This document shows, piece after piece, positions 8,047 to 17,601 of a stretch of DNA of 47,517 nucleotides. Below the pieces are notes generated by a model. It had not been told where the DNA came from. It did no database searches and was given only the letters and a program-made list of their open reading frames with translations. Position 1 is the first letter of the stretch; every line of letters starts with the position of its first letter. Location of the stretch: NCBI GenBank assembly GCA_001303695.1, contig LJUC01000076.1:1-47517 (forward strand), read 5' to 3'. The translations under genes were made by a program, and so were the position numbers. The stretch comes from Phycisphaerae bacterium SM23_30. GTDB lineage: Bacteria > Planctomycetota > Phycisphaerae > Sedimentisphaerales > SM23-30.

Positions 8047-9554
8047 CAGTTGCCGTCCTTAAGGGCCGATACCACCGAAAATTTCCAGTCCATGAGAATG
8101 TCATCCCGGTGAAATCTCATATGGTAGGCGTTTCGAATCCGCGCGTCGCACTGGCGGTGCATTTTTTTAATGATGTCAACGTTGCGGAAAGGAAGTCCGG
8201 AGTTATCCAGCCAATTGTTAAGGCTCATATCCCGCAACATAACGGTTTTGGCCGTGATGTTTTGCAACCCCGGCTTTACCAAAAGGTTGACCAGATCATC
8301 CAGCAAAAAGGTAATGCGGTCTTCTTTGAAACGAAACATGTCTTTATAAAAGGGTACGGAATAAACATCGGGCGGGTTGCCCTCGCAAAGGATGATTTTT
8401 CCTTTGGGTTTGAGAACCCGATAAATCTCGCTCATGGCCTTATCAAGGTTCTGGGCGTGATGCAGGGCCATCCGCGCCGTGATCAGGTCAAATTTATTAT
8501 CCGCCAGGCCGTGTAAATCTTCCATCTCCCTTAATAAAAGTTGGAATCCATTGACCGAATCGATGCGGTCCAGCATGGCCCGACTGAAATCAACACCGTA
8601 ATACTCCGCCCGGGGGCAATGATTTTTCAGGGCCAGCAGCACTTTTCCGGTGCCGACGCCTATGTCCAGGACTTTTTGCCCTTTGCTGATGCCGGACATT
8701 TCCACCATGGTCTGGAGCAGTTCATCCCGGTTAACCCATTCCAGATTGTTATACACGGCGGCACGATGGTTCCAGTTGGTTTTCACCTTAATCAACCGGC
8801 GCACAAATTGCGTGTCGGTCAGCGCCCTTTGATAATCGGCGGGGGTGTCGATTTCCATCCATCCTCTTTCAATGATAACGCAATGCAAAGGCACCCCCAA
8901 CTCGGTCATCTCCTGGAAGAGGTCGGTCAGCCAGGCCTGCTCAAACACCGGCGCCTTGCCGAAGGGTTCGCCGGAGTATATGTTGTGTATGCGGTCGTAA
9001 TTTTTGCGGAGGATTTGGGCGCCTCTTTCAGAGCATTTAACGATGCCGATAAATTGTCCCTGTGTTTCGTAAGGGGCGGCTTGAGTCTTGCCGACCTGGC
9101 GGATGCGGTTTTCACTGTCAAAATAAACCATTTCCAGTTCTTCCAGGGCCGCTCCGGACCGCTGTCGGATAGCTTCTTTCCAGTTAACCATAACCCCCGC
9201 GGCAATATCGTGGGTGGACGCCATAATGCGTTCCACTACCTGCGGTTCGTAAATTATGTCAGAATAGAGGATTAAGACCGGCCCGGTTAATTCCTGCCGG
9301 GCGCAAAAAAGCGAATGCAGCATATTGGTACGGGCGTAATCGTCGTTATCGAAATATTTCACGCCGGGAACATTTATCTTGTTTTTTTCATAGCCGCGCA
9401 CTATGACAATATCATCTATACCGCAGGCATAGAGGGAATTAATCTGAATCTCCAACAACGTGTTGTCCTCGATATCGATCAGACACTTGGGGCGCCCGTT
9501 ACTAATTTCACCAAGACGGGACCCTTCACCGGCGGCTAAAATAATCGCTTTCAT
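8046..9554 (-). CDS. bifunctional nucleotidyltransferase (LicC/IPCT-like) fused to a class I SAM-dependent methyltransferase
   Basis: 502 aa. The N-terminus MKAIILAAGEGSRLG..GRPKCLI is the NTP-transferase G-rich loop. The C-terminal half carries VLDIGVGTGKV (SAM motif I) and PKGKIILCEG. Confidence 0.75.
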   Translation of the reverse strand: MKAIILAAGEGSRLGEISNGRPKCLIDIEDNTLLEIQINSLYACGIDDIVIVRGYEKNKINVPGVKYFDNDDYARTNMLHSLFCARQELTGPVLILYSDIIYEPQVVERIMASTHDIAAGVMVNWKEAIRQRSGAALEELEMVYFDSENRIRQVGKTQAAPYETQGQFIGIVKCSERGAQILRKNYDRIHNIYSGEPFGKAPVFEQAWLTDLFQEMTELGVPLHCVIIERGWMEIDTPADYQRALTDTQFVRRLIKVKTNWNHRAAVYNNLEWVNRDELLQTMVEMSGISKGQKVLDIGVGTGKVLLALKNHCPRAEYYGVDFSRAMLDRIDSVNGFQLLLREMEDLHGLADNKFDLITARMALHHAQNLDKAMSEIYRVLKPKGKIILCEGNPPDVYSVPFYKDMFRFKEDRITFLLDDLVNLLVKPGLQNITAKTVMLRDMSLNNWLDNSGLPFRNVDIIKKMHRQCDARIRNAYHMRFHRDDILMDWKFSVVSALKDGN

Positions 9555-9699
9555 ATAAAAAATATCGGTAGAATAGACAGAACCGCTCCATAGACAATGT
9601 TTGTTTGCTTTTCCGGTGAAGGGAGAACTGATATTGACATGCTGTTAGGGATAGCGAGGGCCAAATTGGGCCGCCCAGATTAGGCGTGCTTATTTTAAC

Positions 9700-9951
9700 T
9701 CAGGAATGGTTCTCGTTTGTGGTGCCTGAAGGATCAACCGGGGTGTGAGTTTCTTTGTTGATCACTTCTATGCGTTTTTCCGCACGTTCCAGTATCGCCC
9801 GGCAGTGCTTAATCAGCCTCATCCCCGCCTCATATTTATCAATGCTCTCTTCCAGACCAATCTCGCCCGCCTCCACGTCTGAGACGATTTCTTCCAACTC
9901 TGCCAGGGCCTCTTCAAACGTTCGCTTTTTATCTTTCGCTGCTTTTGCCAT
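9700..9951 (-). CDS. xseB: exodeoxyribonuclease VII small subunit
   Basis: The motif FEEALAELEEIVSDVEAGEIGLEESIDKYEAGMRLIKHCRAILERAEKRIEV is typical of XseB. I place the start at the internal ATG (MAKAAKDKK..) at 9951, whereas the ORF track extends to 9996. The gene overlaps the xseA stop. Confidence 0.85.
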   Translation of the reverse strand: MAKAAKDKKRTFEEALAELEEIVSDVEAGEIGLEESIDKYEAGMRLIKHCRAILERAEKRIEVINKETHTPVDPSGTTNENHS

Positions 9952-11428
9952 TATTATCCTCATTTCCGGTATCCGAGCTAATAACCTCACTTTCAATCAT
10001 TTTCTTTTGGGCCAGTTCCGTCATCAGTGTATCCCCGGGTTCGACCCTGCTTTCGGCGGTGATGATACGGCCGGTGGTCTTGTCGCGCGTGATACTGTAA
10101 CCCCGCCGTAATACGGCCCGCGGATTGACGCCTTCCAACCGGGCCGTTGCGTTTTTGAAACATTCCCATCGGCTCCGGCTTAAATTCCCCTGGGCTCGGC
10201 CCATACGCCCGGTCAACTGCTTAAGCCATATATATTGTTGTTGGGCTCGTTTTCCTGGATTTACCGCGGTTAATCTAACCTTTAATGTTTCAAGGCGATG
10301 ACACTGGCTGCGATAATAATTGTTCATACTTGCTTCTAAGAGGTGCTGATGCCGCATCTGTCGCGTCCGCCCCTGCGCCAATGCATAATGCGGTTCAATT
10401 CGCTGCAGTACGGTGTTTTGCGTCTCCAGCAAGCGCCGGCCGTTTCGGAGCCGTTCGCTCACCCGCTGGGCCAGGCGGGCGGTATGTTCGTCCACGTACT
10501 GCTGTCGGTGCCTGACCGTCTCCTGGGGCCGGGCGAACATCCCCCGCGTGCTTAGATGCCCTAGTATAGTCGCTGAGTTTTCCAGTAATTGCCTCACCCC
10601 TTTAACCAGCCGCTGCCGGGCCTGCTGCACGTCCTGCAATATTTCCAACTGCACCGGCGCCGCCAGTTCCGCCGCCGCCGTCGGCGTCGCGGCGCGTTGA
10701 TCGGCCACCAGGTCGGTTATCGTGATGTCGCTTTCATGGCCCACCCCGCTGATTATCGGAATTTCCGAGGTGAAAATCGCCCGCGCCACTACCTCTTCGT
10801 TAAACGCCCAGAGGTCTTCGATACTGCCCCCGCCGCGCGCCAGGATTATCACGTCAATTCCTCCCAGCGCTGCTTGCCGGCGGTTCAAATATCTGATCGG
10901 AAACGCCGGTATCGCTTTTTTATGGGCCTCGTCAAACAATCCTTCCTTGCGCAGTTTGTCGGCCAATTGCCGAAACGCCAGTTCCAGCGCCCCCACTCCG
11001 GCCGGTTCCAGTTTCTCTATATAAAACTGATATTTCCCCTGCGGTTCATAAACATCCACCCGACCGGCGGCGACCACGGCCATCCCATCGGCGGGTTTAA
11101 ACTTCAACCTGCCGAAGGCGCTTTTCCACATCACCGCGGAGATTTGGGCGTTTTCGTCCTTGAGGGTAAGATACAGGTGGCCGCTGCCGTGGAGCTTATA
11201 GTTGGAAATCTCCCCGGAAAGAAGAATTTTATCCGGCAGATTCCGGTTGAGGGTCAGTTTTATCAACCGGGTCAGTTGGGTGACGGTATAGATCTCCGGC
11301 ATTTGCCTTTTAACGGGGATTTCAGCCGCTTTTTTGCGATCCGGTCGATGATTCCGCTCTTGCCCGGAGGGCGCAGGCGGCGGCGTTTGACTTACGGAAT
11401 CCCAAAATAAAAATTCACGTTGCACCAT
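9929..11428 (-). CDS. xseA: exodeoxyribonuclease VII large subunit, with an apparent internal deletion
   Basis: It has the OB-fold N-terminus (IYTVTQLTRLIK..ISNYKLHGSGHLYLTLKD), RGGGSIEDLWAFNEE, GHESDITI, RAATPTAAAEL and the C-terminal LRRGYSI. A more likely start is M43 at 11302. The segment between KKAIPAFP and DVIILARGGGS is far shorter than I expect for this family. Confidence 0.8.
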   Translation of the reverse strand: MVQREFLFWDSVSQTPPPAPSGQERNHRPDRKKAAEIPVKRQMPEIYTVTQLTRLIKLTLNRNLPDKILLSGEISNYKLHGSGHLYLTLKDENAQISAVMWKSAFGRLKFKPADGMAVVAAGRVDVYEPQGKYQFYIEKLEPAGVGALELAFRQLADKLRKEGLFDEAHKKAIPAFPIRYLNRRQAALGGIDVIILARGGGSIEDLWAFNEEVVARAIFTSEIPIISGVGHESDITITDLVADQRAATPTAAAELAAPVQLEILQDVQQARQRLVKGVRQLLENSATILGHLSTRGMFARPQETVRHRQQYVDEHTARLAQRVSERLRNGRRLLETQNTVLQRIEPHYALAQGRTRQMRHQHLLEASMNNYYRSQCHRLETLKVRLTAVNPGKRAQQQYIWLKQLTGRMGRAQGNLSRSRWECFKNATARLEGVNPRAVLRRGYSITRDKTTGRIITAESRVEPGDTLMTELAQKKMIESEVISSDTGNEDNNGKSSER

Positions 11429-11542
11429 GATAAGAAAGTTACAATGAAAAAAGATAGATTGAAAATGAAAAACAATTCCGCTGTAATAAAGTCGGTTAGA
11501 ATTTAGCCGTCTAATAAAGTGTAATGTGGTGCATCTTTCATT

Positions 11543-12403
11543 TCAGGGGGAACTATTACTATAGTTATCCGCTTTTCCGTCATCGCTGTCATAGGCCGGC
11601 TGGTCGTCGGCTACGCCTTTGATGCAGATGCGTTTTATCTCACTGGCGCGGCCGGTCTGGTCGTCACAGGTGACAACAATTCCGTTTATTCTGACATCGC
11701 CGGTGGCCACGCTGTAAGCGACGGGCATTTGGGTTACCAGGCTTTTGATGACCCGTTCGGTGGTCCGGCCGAGGACGGAATTATGGGGGCCGGTCATCCC
11801 CAGGTCGGTGATGTAGGCGGTGCCGTTGGGCAGGACGATCTCATCCGCCGTGACCACGTGCGTGTGCGTGCCGAAAACCACGCTGACGCGGCCGTCCAGA
11901 AACCACCCCATGGCAATCTTTTCGCTGGTGGCCTCCGCGTGCATATCGACGGCGATTACTTTGACGTCCGGAGGAATCTTGACAAGCACTTTCTCGACCG
12001 CGTTAAAGGGATTGTCGCTGGGTTGGGGCATATACATTCTGCCCAGCAGCGATATTACCGCCACCTGCGGCCCGGCGGGTGTGGCAAAAAGGGCGAATTC
12101 TCTGCCGGCGGCCTGCGCCGACAAATTGGCCGGCCGGACCATATCGTCGGCATTTTGCAGGACATTAATAAGCTCGCGCTTGCGGTAGATATGATCGCCG
12201 AGAGTTATCAGGTTGACGCCGTACTTGTGCAGTTTATCGTAGATGGATTCGGTCAGACCCGAGCCGCCGGCGGCGTTCTCGGCGTTGGCGATCACGCAGT
12301 CAATCCCCCACTGTCTGACCAGGTGCTTCAGATGTTCCGCCAGCAACTGCCGACCCGGACGACCGACAATATCTCCAATGCATAGTAATTTGATCTGCAT
12401 CAT
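11543..12403 (-). CDS. ymdB: YmdB-like metallophosphoesterase (2',3'-cyclic-nucleotide phosphodiesterase family)
   Basis: MQIKLLCIGDIVGRPGR.., ANAENAAGGSGLT, LGDHIY and DMHAEATSEK are present. The gene lies immediately downstream of rny, as in the conserved rny-ymdB pair. Confidence 0.85.
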   Translation of the reverse strand: MMQIKLLCIGDIVGRPGRQLLAEHLKHLVRQWGIDCVIANAENAAGGSGLTESIYDKLHKYGVNLITLGDHIYRKRELINVLQNADDMVRPANLSAQAAGREFALFATPAGPQVAVISLLGRMYMPQPSDNPFNAVEKVLVKIPPDVKVIAVDMHAEATSEKIAMGWFLDGRVSVVFGTHTHVVTADEIVLPNGTAYITDLGMTGPHNSVLGRTTERVIKSLVTQMPVAYSVATGDVRINGIVVTCDDQTGRASEIKRICIKGVADDQPAYDSDDGKADNYSNSSP

Positions 12404-12444
12404 GTTGCCTGTTACAAAGTACGGGTTATTTCGTAGGGTCGGTT

Positions 12445-14043
12445 TTAGCGGGCGTATTCGACACAGCGTACTTCACGCAGCAGGGTTACCTTAATTTCGC
12501 CGGGATAGGTTAATTCCTGTTCGACTTTCTGGGCGATTTCCCGCGCGATTTGCCAGGCGTCGCCGTCGTTGACCTTTTCCGGATCGACGATGACGCGGAC
12601 CTCCCGGCCGGCCTGAATAGCATATGCCTGCCTGATGCCTTTGAAGCTGGTGGCGAGGTTTTCCAGCTGTTCCAGCCGCTTGATGTATCGTTCCAGGGTT
12701 TCGCGGCGGGCGCCGGGCCGCGAGGCGCTCATGGCGTCGGCGGCGGCCACCAGGGGAGTGTAAGGCGAAGTTGCGGGCACATCGTTATGGTGGCCGGCAG
12801 CGGCGTTGATGACCTCGGACTTTTCATTAAATTTTCTCAAAAGCTCCGCCCCGATTTCGGGATGACCGCCTTCCACTTCATGGTCGGCTGCCTTGCCGAT
12901 ATCGTGGAGCAGTCCGCAGCGCCGGGCCAAATCGCCGTTCAGACGCAATTCCTCGGCCATAGTCTGACAAAGATAAGCCACTTCCACGCTATGACGCAGC
13001 ACGTTTTGGCCATAACTGGTCCGATAATTCAATCGCCCCAGATACGGTATTAATTTGTTATTAAGACCGTTGACATTGGCCTCCAGGGCCATGCTCTTGC
13101 CGATGTCCAGCACGTGGGCATCGACTTCTTTTTGGGTCTCCGCGACCACCTCTTCGATCCGGGCCGGGTGGATGCGTCCGTCCTGAATCAGCTTATCCAG
13201 GCTGATGCGGGCTACTTCGCGCCGTATGGGATCGAAGGCGGAGATAATCACCAGTCCCGGCGTGTCATCGATGATGACATCCACGCCGGTGGCCTTCTCG
13301 AAAGCACGGATGTTCCTACCTTCCCGACCGATGACCCGACCTTTCATTTCATCATTCTGGATATCAACCGAGGAAATAGTGCTGTCACAGGTGTGGTCGG
13401 CGGCGTATCTTTGGATGGCGTTGAGGGTGATCTCTCGGGCCCGCTGGGTGGCTTCCTCCTTGGCATTGGTGACGAGGCGTTCGACCAGGGCGGAAGCCTC
13501 ATGGGTCACTTCACCTTCCAGGCGCTTCAAAAGCATTTCCTTGGCTTCTTCTACGGAAATGCCCGCAATTCTAAGGAGTTGCGCCCTTTGTTCGGCCAGG
13601 GTGTTGGTCAGTTGCTGATCTTTACTGGTTAGATCGCGCTCCTTCTGGGATAATTTCTTCTGCAGATTCTCCAGGGATCTTTCCTTGCTGTTAACGCTCT
13701 CCCACTTGCGATCGACAGTGTCTTCGCGTTTGGTCAGGTGAAGTTCCTGTTCGCGCAACTGGTTTCGGATTTCGGCGGCCTCACGTTCAGATTCTTCTCT
13801 TTTTTGGATTTTTTCGGCTTTCGCCTCCAATTCGGCGGTTTTTACGATGTTTTCGGATTTATATCTGGCATCCGCGATAATGGCTTCGGATTCCTGTTGA
13901 GCCAGTCTGGTTCTCGATTTCCCCATGGCTCTCTGGACCAACCAGAGGACAGCCCCACCGCCGAAGAGCCCGATTATGAGTCCCATAATAATCAGTACTA
14001 TATAAGTACCTTCGGATAAGGCTAAAATAGTAAAAAGTTGCAT
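12445..14043 (-). CDS. rny: ribonuclease Y
   Basis: 532 aa with an N-terminal TM helix and a long charged coiled coil. It has a KH domain ([26 protein letters not shown]) and an HD domain ([19 protein letters not shown]). Confidence 0.9.
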   Translation of the reverse strand: MQLFTILALSEGTYIVLIIMGLIIGLFGGGAVLWLVQRAMGKSRTRLAQQESEAIIADARYKSENIVKTAELEAKAEKIQKREESEREAAEIRNQLREQELHLTKREDTVDRKWESVNSKERSLENLQKKLSQKERDLTSKDQQLTNTLAEQRAQLLRIAGISVEEAKEMLLKRLEGEVTHEASALVERLVTNAKEEATQRAREITLNAIQRYAADHTCDSTISSVDIQNDEMKGRVIGREGRNIRAFEKATGVDVIIDDTPGLVIISAFDPIRREVARISLDKLIQDGRIHPARIEEVVAETQKEVDAHVLDIGKSMALEANVNGLNNKLIPYLGRLNYRTSYGQNVLRHSVEVAYLCQTMAEELRLNGDLARRCGLLHDIGKAADHEVEGGHPEIGAELLRKFNEKSEVINAAAGHHNDVPATSPYTPLVAAADAMSASRPGARRETLERYIKRLEQLENLATSFKGIRQAYAIQAGREVRVIVDPEKVNDGDAWQIAREIAQKVEQELTYPGEIKVTLLREVRCVEYAR

Positions 14044-14726
14044 TTTATCTCTCCCATATCTATAGTTAACGGTCGTATAGCTGCGACCGGTTATTCAGTT
14101 TCTCTCTTTTAGGCCATGAGGTATTTTTTTGCCGTCCATAGCCCGGAGCCTGAATCAGGGTGGTTTTGAAAACATCACCGGACTTTGCCGGGAATCTACA
14201 AAGGATGCGCCGGGGCAAAAGAAAGGACCCTATCCCCTGATATTACCGGATCAATCAAAGATGGGGTGTTTTATGTCCTTGATTTCCATGCGGAAAAGCC
14301 GGATCTATCACAGCGGCAGGCAAGAAAAACACAAGTAAATAACGCTTCATCCCTCATTTTGTTATTCCTAAACCGCCAAACGTTTTACCTTAACCGACCT
14401 TTGTTACCTCAAAATCCTTTTCGGAGTTTAATACCGATTAATTTTTCTCCGCTGGTTAGAACAAAACACCTACAAAACCGTTTTCCGGCAACAACTATTC
14501 CAGGAGTATAACCGATGCCGAGACCCAATTCGCCTCGACAGTATCAGAGATCTAACCTCCTGCCGAGTTGGCCTGATGGAAGCTCGATCTCGTCAATTAA
14601 TCCAACCTTTCTTACCCCAGTAAGCCTTTGTGACCGCCCAGCGACCTATCCAATACTCTCCTTTCTCATCTCAGATCGCTGCCTACGCATGTCACCGGCT
14701 TTGACGATACAATTGTTTATACTAAT

Positions 14727-14755
14727 AAAATAATCGTATTTTTATGTCCGGTCAA
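14727..14755 (-). promoter_or_regulatory. candidate sigma70-type promoter reading toward rny
   Basis: The minus strand reads TTGACC-17 nt-TATTTT. If used, it would give a leader of roughly 680 nt before the rny ATG. This is a sequence-pattern match only. Confidence 0.25.
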
Positions 14756-15340
14756 GCAAAAAAAATTGCATTGCTATCGGTTTTTTTTAGCTAACTTAAT
14801 GATTATCAATATGTTATAAATTTGTAGCTCTCTAATTGCCTTTTTTTCCGCCAATGTCTCATTACTGTCTCAAAAAAAGTATAATACCTGCCCATACTGG
14901 AGCGGCTGATAGCAACCTACGATTGCCCTTTTCCTGCAAAATTCTGCCTTGGGGTAAAGGGGAAATGATCGAAAATGAATATATATTTTCCTGATTTGCC
15001 TACCAAGGACGTATTGGTGATATAATTTAATAAGTCAATGACTCTTTTGTCAAAGGAGTCTGAGGAGTTGCCCCGGTGGCTTGGACGAGGTAGGACCATT
15101 GTTCACCGGGGCACTTTTTTATCGTTTAACGGTTATTTCGGACGCTTGATTTCAGGTTATCGAGCCTGATAATATAATACCGCGAACTATTCTCTTTGTA
15201 TGTGGAACCGGAGTTTATAGGGTTTTATTGCATTAAATATGATATATTGATTCCAAATATATGACTCCCGCAAAATTGAAGTCAGGCATACTTGGAAAAG
15301 AAAAAATCGTTTTTTTCCTTATATATCAAAGGAGTTACCG

Positions 15341-17356
15341 ATGAGGCGATTATTTCGCGAAATTCGCCAATATCAGTCAGTTCAACACCTTTTGGGCCTA
15401 AGTTTGTTTCAAATAACATTCAGGGCGATGATAGCGGCTTTTTTGCTTTATGGTCCCGTCTTCGGCTATTTGGGCCTACCATATATGCCTGAGCCCTTAA
15501 AACAGCAGTTCTTTGCCGACCAGCAAAGGGTTAAGATAGAGCTGGCGCCTCAATTTGTTCCCGCCCCTGCGGGAGAGAAATTCACCCTGGCCGTGGTTCT
15601 GGACATCGAGGAGGGCTGGCACCTGTATGCCAATCCCAAACAGGGTGAGTTCGGCATGGATACCGAGATCATTTGCGAACCGATGCCAAATATCCGTTTT
15701 GGTCCGATAAAATACCCGCCCGGGGAAAAATATACGGATGAAATCCTTGGGGCCAGCAACCATATTTATAAGGGCCGGGCGATCTGTTTTGTACCCCTCG
15801 AAGTAACGGACTCAACTACAGGTGCCGCAATAATAAAGTTAAAAATTGAAGGTCAGCTGTGTTCCGATGATGGAATATGCGTCCTTTGGGAGAGTAGTGC
15901 CGCCCTTGATTTGCAGTTCGTAAGCGACCCCGCCGCAGTTCAACCTCATCGCCCGGAGTTGTTTGCCGATTTTGACATGGATCGCATCTGGCCTGTCCCG
16001 GCGACAACTTCCAGTACCTCAGACCAAAAACCAACCACCACAGGCCGGGAAACGGCTTCGGGCCCGCAAGCCGCTCAAACTGAAACTCCACCGTCAGCCC
16101 TACCTAAATATGCCGCCGATGAATGGCTTCTACCTATCCTCGCGGCCATAGCAGCCGGGCTGGTAATGAACGTCATGCCCTGCGTCCTGCCGATTATCCC
16201 CATTATCGTTATGACCCTGATGAAGCAGTGCGCCCCGGCTGAGGGCCAGGAGCCCGACAGAGGTAAAAGTATCAGGTTGGGTCTGGCCTTTGCCGGGGGG
16301 ATTATGATTGTCTTTGCGGGATTGGCAGTGGTCATGTCGGGATTCCAATTGCTCTGGGGACAGCACTTTCAGGGCAGCGGTTTTAAGTTTGTCTTATTGA
16401 TGATCGTGTATGTATTAAGCTTATCGATGTTCGGGTTGTTTGAAATTGTGTTGCCCTCGGGCATTTCGAATATAACCGTGGTGCGTCAGGGTTATATGGG
16501 GGCTTTAGGGCTGGGAATGCTGGCGACCGTTTTGGCGACGCCTTGCGGGGCGCCTTTACTGGGTCCCGTTTTGGCATGGTCGGTCAGCAAGCCCATGGCG
16601 ACGACCATAGCGGTATTTCTAATCATCGGGTGGGGGATGGCGGCGCCCTATATCCTGTTGACCGCTTTTCCCCGGCTGCTCAACCGCGTACCGCAGGGGG
16701 GTAACTGGATGATTCGGCTCAAACAGGCGATCGGATTTTGTATGCTGGGATTTTCCGCATATCTGGTTTTTCTGTTCCCGCCGGGGTGGCATAAGCCTCT
16801 GCTTTATTTCTGTGTGGTGCTGGGTTTTTGCGTGTGGTTGGGATTTTCCGTCGGCAATCCTGCGGCCCCCTTGAAAAAACGCTACCTGGCCCGCGGTATC
16901 GCCCTGATCCTTCTGGTCGCCGGCGCTATTACTTTTGCCGCTACCCCTAAAACTGACGCCCTCGCTTTGGGCGAACCCTGGTACCAACAACTGGAAGACT
17001 ATAAGCAGCAAAACCGCACCGTCGTCGTCAAATTCACCGCCAACTGGTGCAAGAATTGCGCTGTTTTAGATAAACTTATTTATAAAACGCAGACTTTCAA
17101 TGATAAGCTTGCGGAGACAGGCGCGGCCCTGGTCATTGCCGACTGGTCTTTTGAAGATCCGACGATTACACGGATGCTGCGGGAGCTGGGCGGACAGGGC
17201 CAGTCGATACCGTTTACGGCGATATTTCCCGGGGGCGATCCGGAACCTCCGTTGGTTCTGGAAGGTTTCTATAGTCTGCAGGACACTCTGGAATCGCTGG
17301 ACAAAGCCGCCGCCCGCGCCAGAGGCCAAGCGGAGAAAAACAACGCCAGGGATTGA
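15341..17356 (+). CDS. dsbD: DsbD-like thiol:disulfide interchange protein (DsbD-alpha-like N-domain, CcdA/DsbD TM core, C-terminal thioredoxin)
   Basis: 671 aa. The N-domain has QLCSDDGICV, the TM core has NVMPCVLPIIP and ATPCGAPLLGP, and the C-terminal thioredoxin has FTANWCKNCAVLDK. Confidence 0.8.
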   Translation: MRRLFREIRQYQSVQHLLGLSLFQITFRAMIAAFLLYGPVFGYLGLPYMPEPLKQQFFADQQRVKIELAPQFVPAPAGEKFTLAVVLDIEEGWHLYANPKQGEFGMDTEIICEPMPNIRFGPIKYPPGEKYTDEILGASNHIYKGRAICFVPLEVTDSTTGAAIIKLKIEGQLCSDDGICVLWESSAALDLQFVSDPAAVQPHRPELFADFDMDRIWPVPATTSSTSDQKPTTTGRETASGPQAAQTETPPSALPKYAADEWLLPILAAIAAGLVMNVMPCVLPIIPIIVMTLMKQCAPAEGQEPDRGKSIRLGLAFAGGIMIVFAGLAVVMSGFQLLWGQHFQGSGFKFVLLMIVYVLSLSMFGLFEIVLPSGISNITVVRQGYMGALGLGMLATVLATPCGAPLLGPVLAWSVSKPMATTIAVFLIIGWGMAAPYILLTAFPRLLNRVPQGGNWMIRLKQAIGFCMLGFSAYLVFLFPPGWHKPLLYFCVVLGFCVWLGFSVGNPAAPLKKRYLARGIALILLVAGAITFAATPKTDALALGEPWYQQLEDYKQQNRTVVVKFTANWCKNCAVLDKLIYKTQTFNDKLAETGAALVIADWSFEDPTITRMLRELGGQGQSIPFTAIFPGGDPEPPLVLEGFYSLQDTLESLDKAAARARGQAEKNNARD

Positions 17357-17379
17357 TAATTTAATCCAGGGAGAATCCT

Positions 17380-17598
17380 ATGATCCAAAGTAAAGCTGAC
17401 GAAACAATTATCACCGATAAGGACCGTGAGTTGGCCGAAAAATGTCTGCAATGCCCTGTTTGCAACCATGCCCGTAAAAAACAGCGCGGAATTATTTTCT
17501 GGTTTGTCAAAAAGCTGGAGAGCGGCATATGTCCGGCCGGCAAGGCGTATGAAAAAGTCTATCACCGCAAGGCCCATGAACCTATACCGGAAGAATGA
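17380..17598 (+). CDS. small 4-Cys protein, unknown function
   Basis: 72 aa with a GGGAG RBS about 6 nt upstream of the ATG. It contains CLQCPVC plus a distal ICP, and sits 23 nt after dsbD and 3 nt before nth. Confidence 0.5.
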   Translation: MIQSKADETIITDKDRELAEKCLQCPVCNHARKKQRGIIFWFVKKLESGICPAGKAYEKVYHRKAHEPIPEE

Positions 17599-17601
17599 AG
17601 T

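Noticed and set aside
8127-8144. tRNA-like T-loop string ggcgtttcgaatccgcgc
   Set aside because: It lies inside the methyltransferase-fusion CDS, the flanking arms are not complementary, and no cloverleaf can be drawn.
8541-9275. 244-aa plus-strand ORF, and similar long ORFs at 6274..7182, 10589..11410, 11729..12385, 13114..13632, 36361..36840 and 44046..44651
   Set aside because: All lie antisense to, or out of frame within, well-supported genes in GC-rich DNA. Their translations are Arg/Gly/Pro-rich with no motifs, so they are shadow ORFs.
14185-14733. Track ORFs 14185..14511 and 14515..14733 as protein-coding genes
   Set aside because: They have odd, low-complexity Pro/Ser/Leu-rich translations, no RBS and no recognisable motif. 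They are more likely non-coding.
14100-14740. Identifying the ORF-free region as RNase P RNA, tmRNA, SRP RNA or a known riboswitch
   Set aside because: An AAAGTCCGG string on the minus strand (~14179-14187) recalls the RNase P CR-I element, but its context and order do not fit. I found no tmRNA 3' end (..TCCACCA), no tag frame, no SRP GGAA motif and no B12 box or other riboswitch core.
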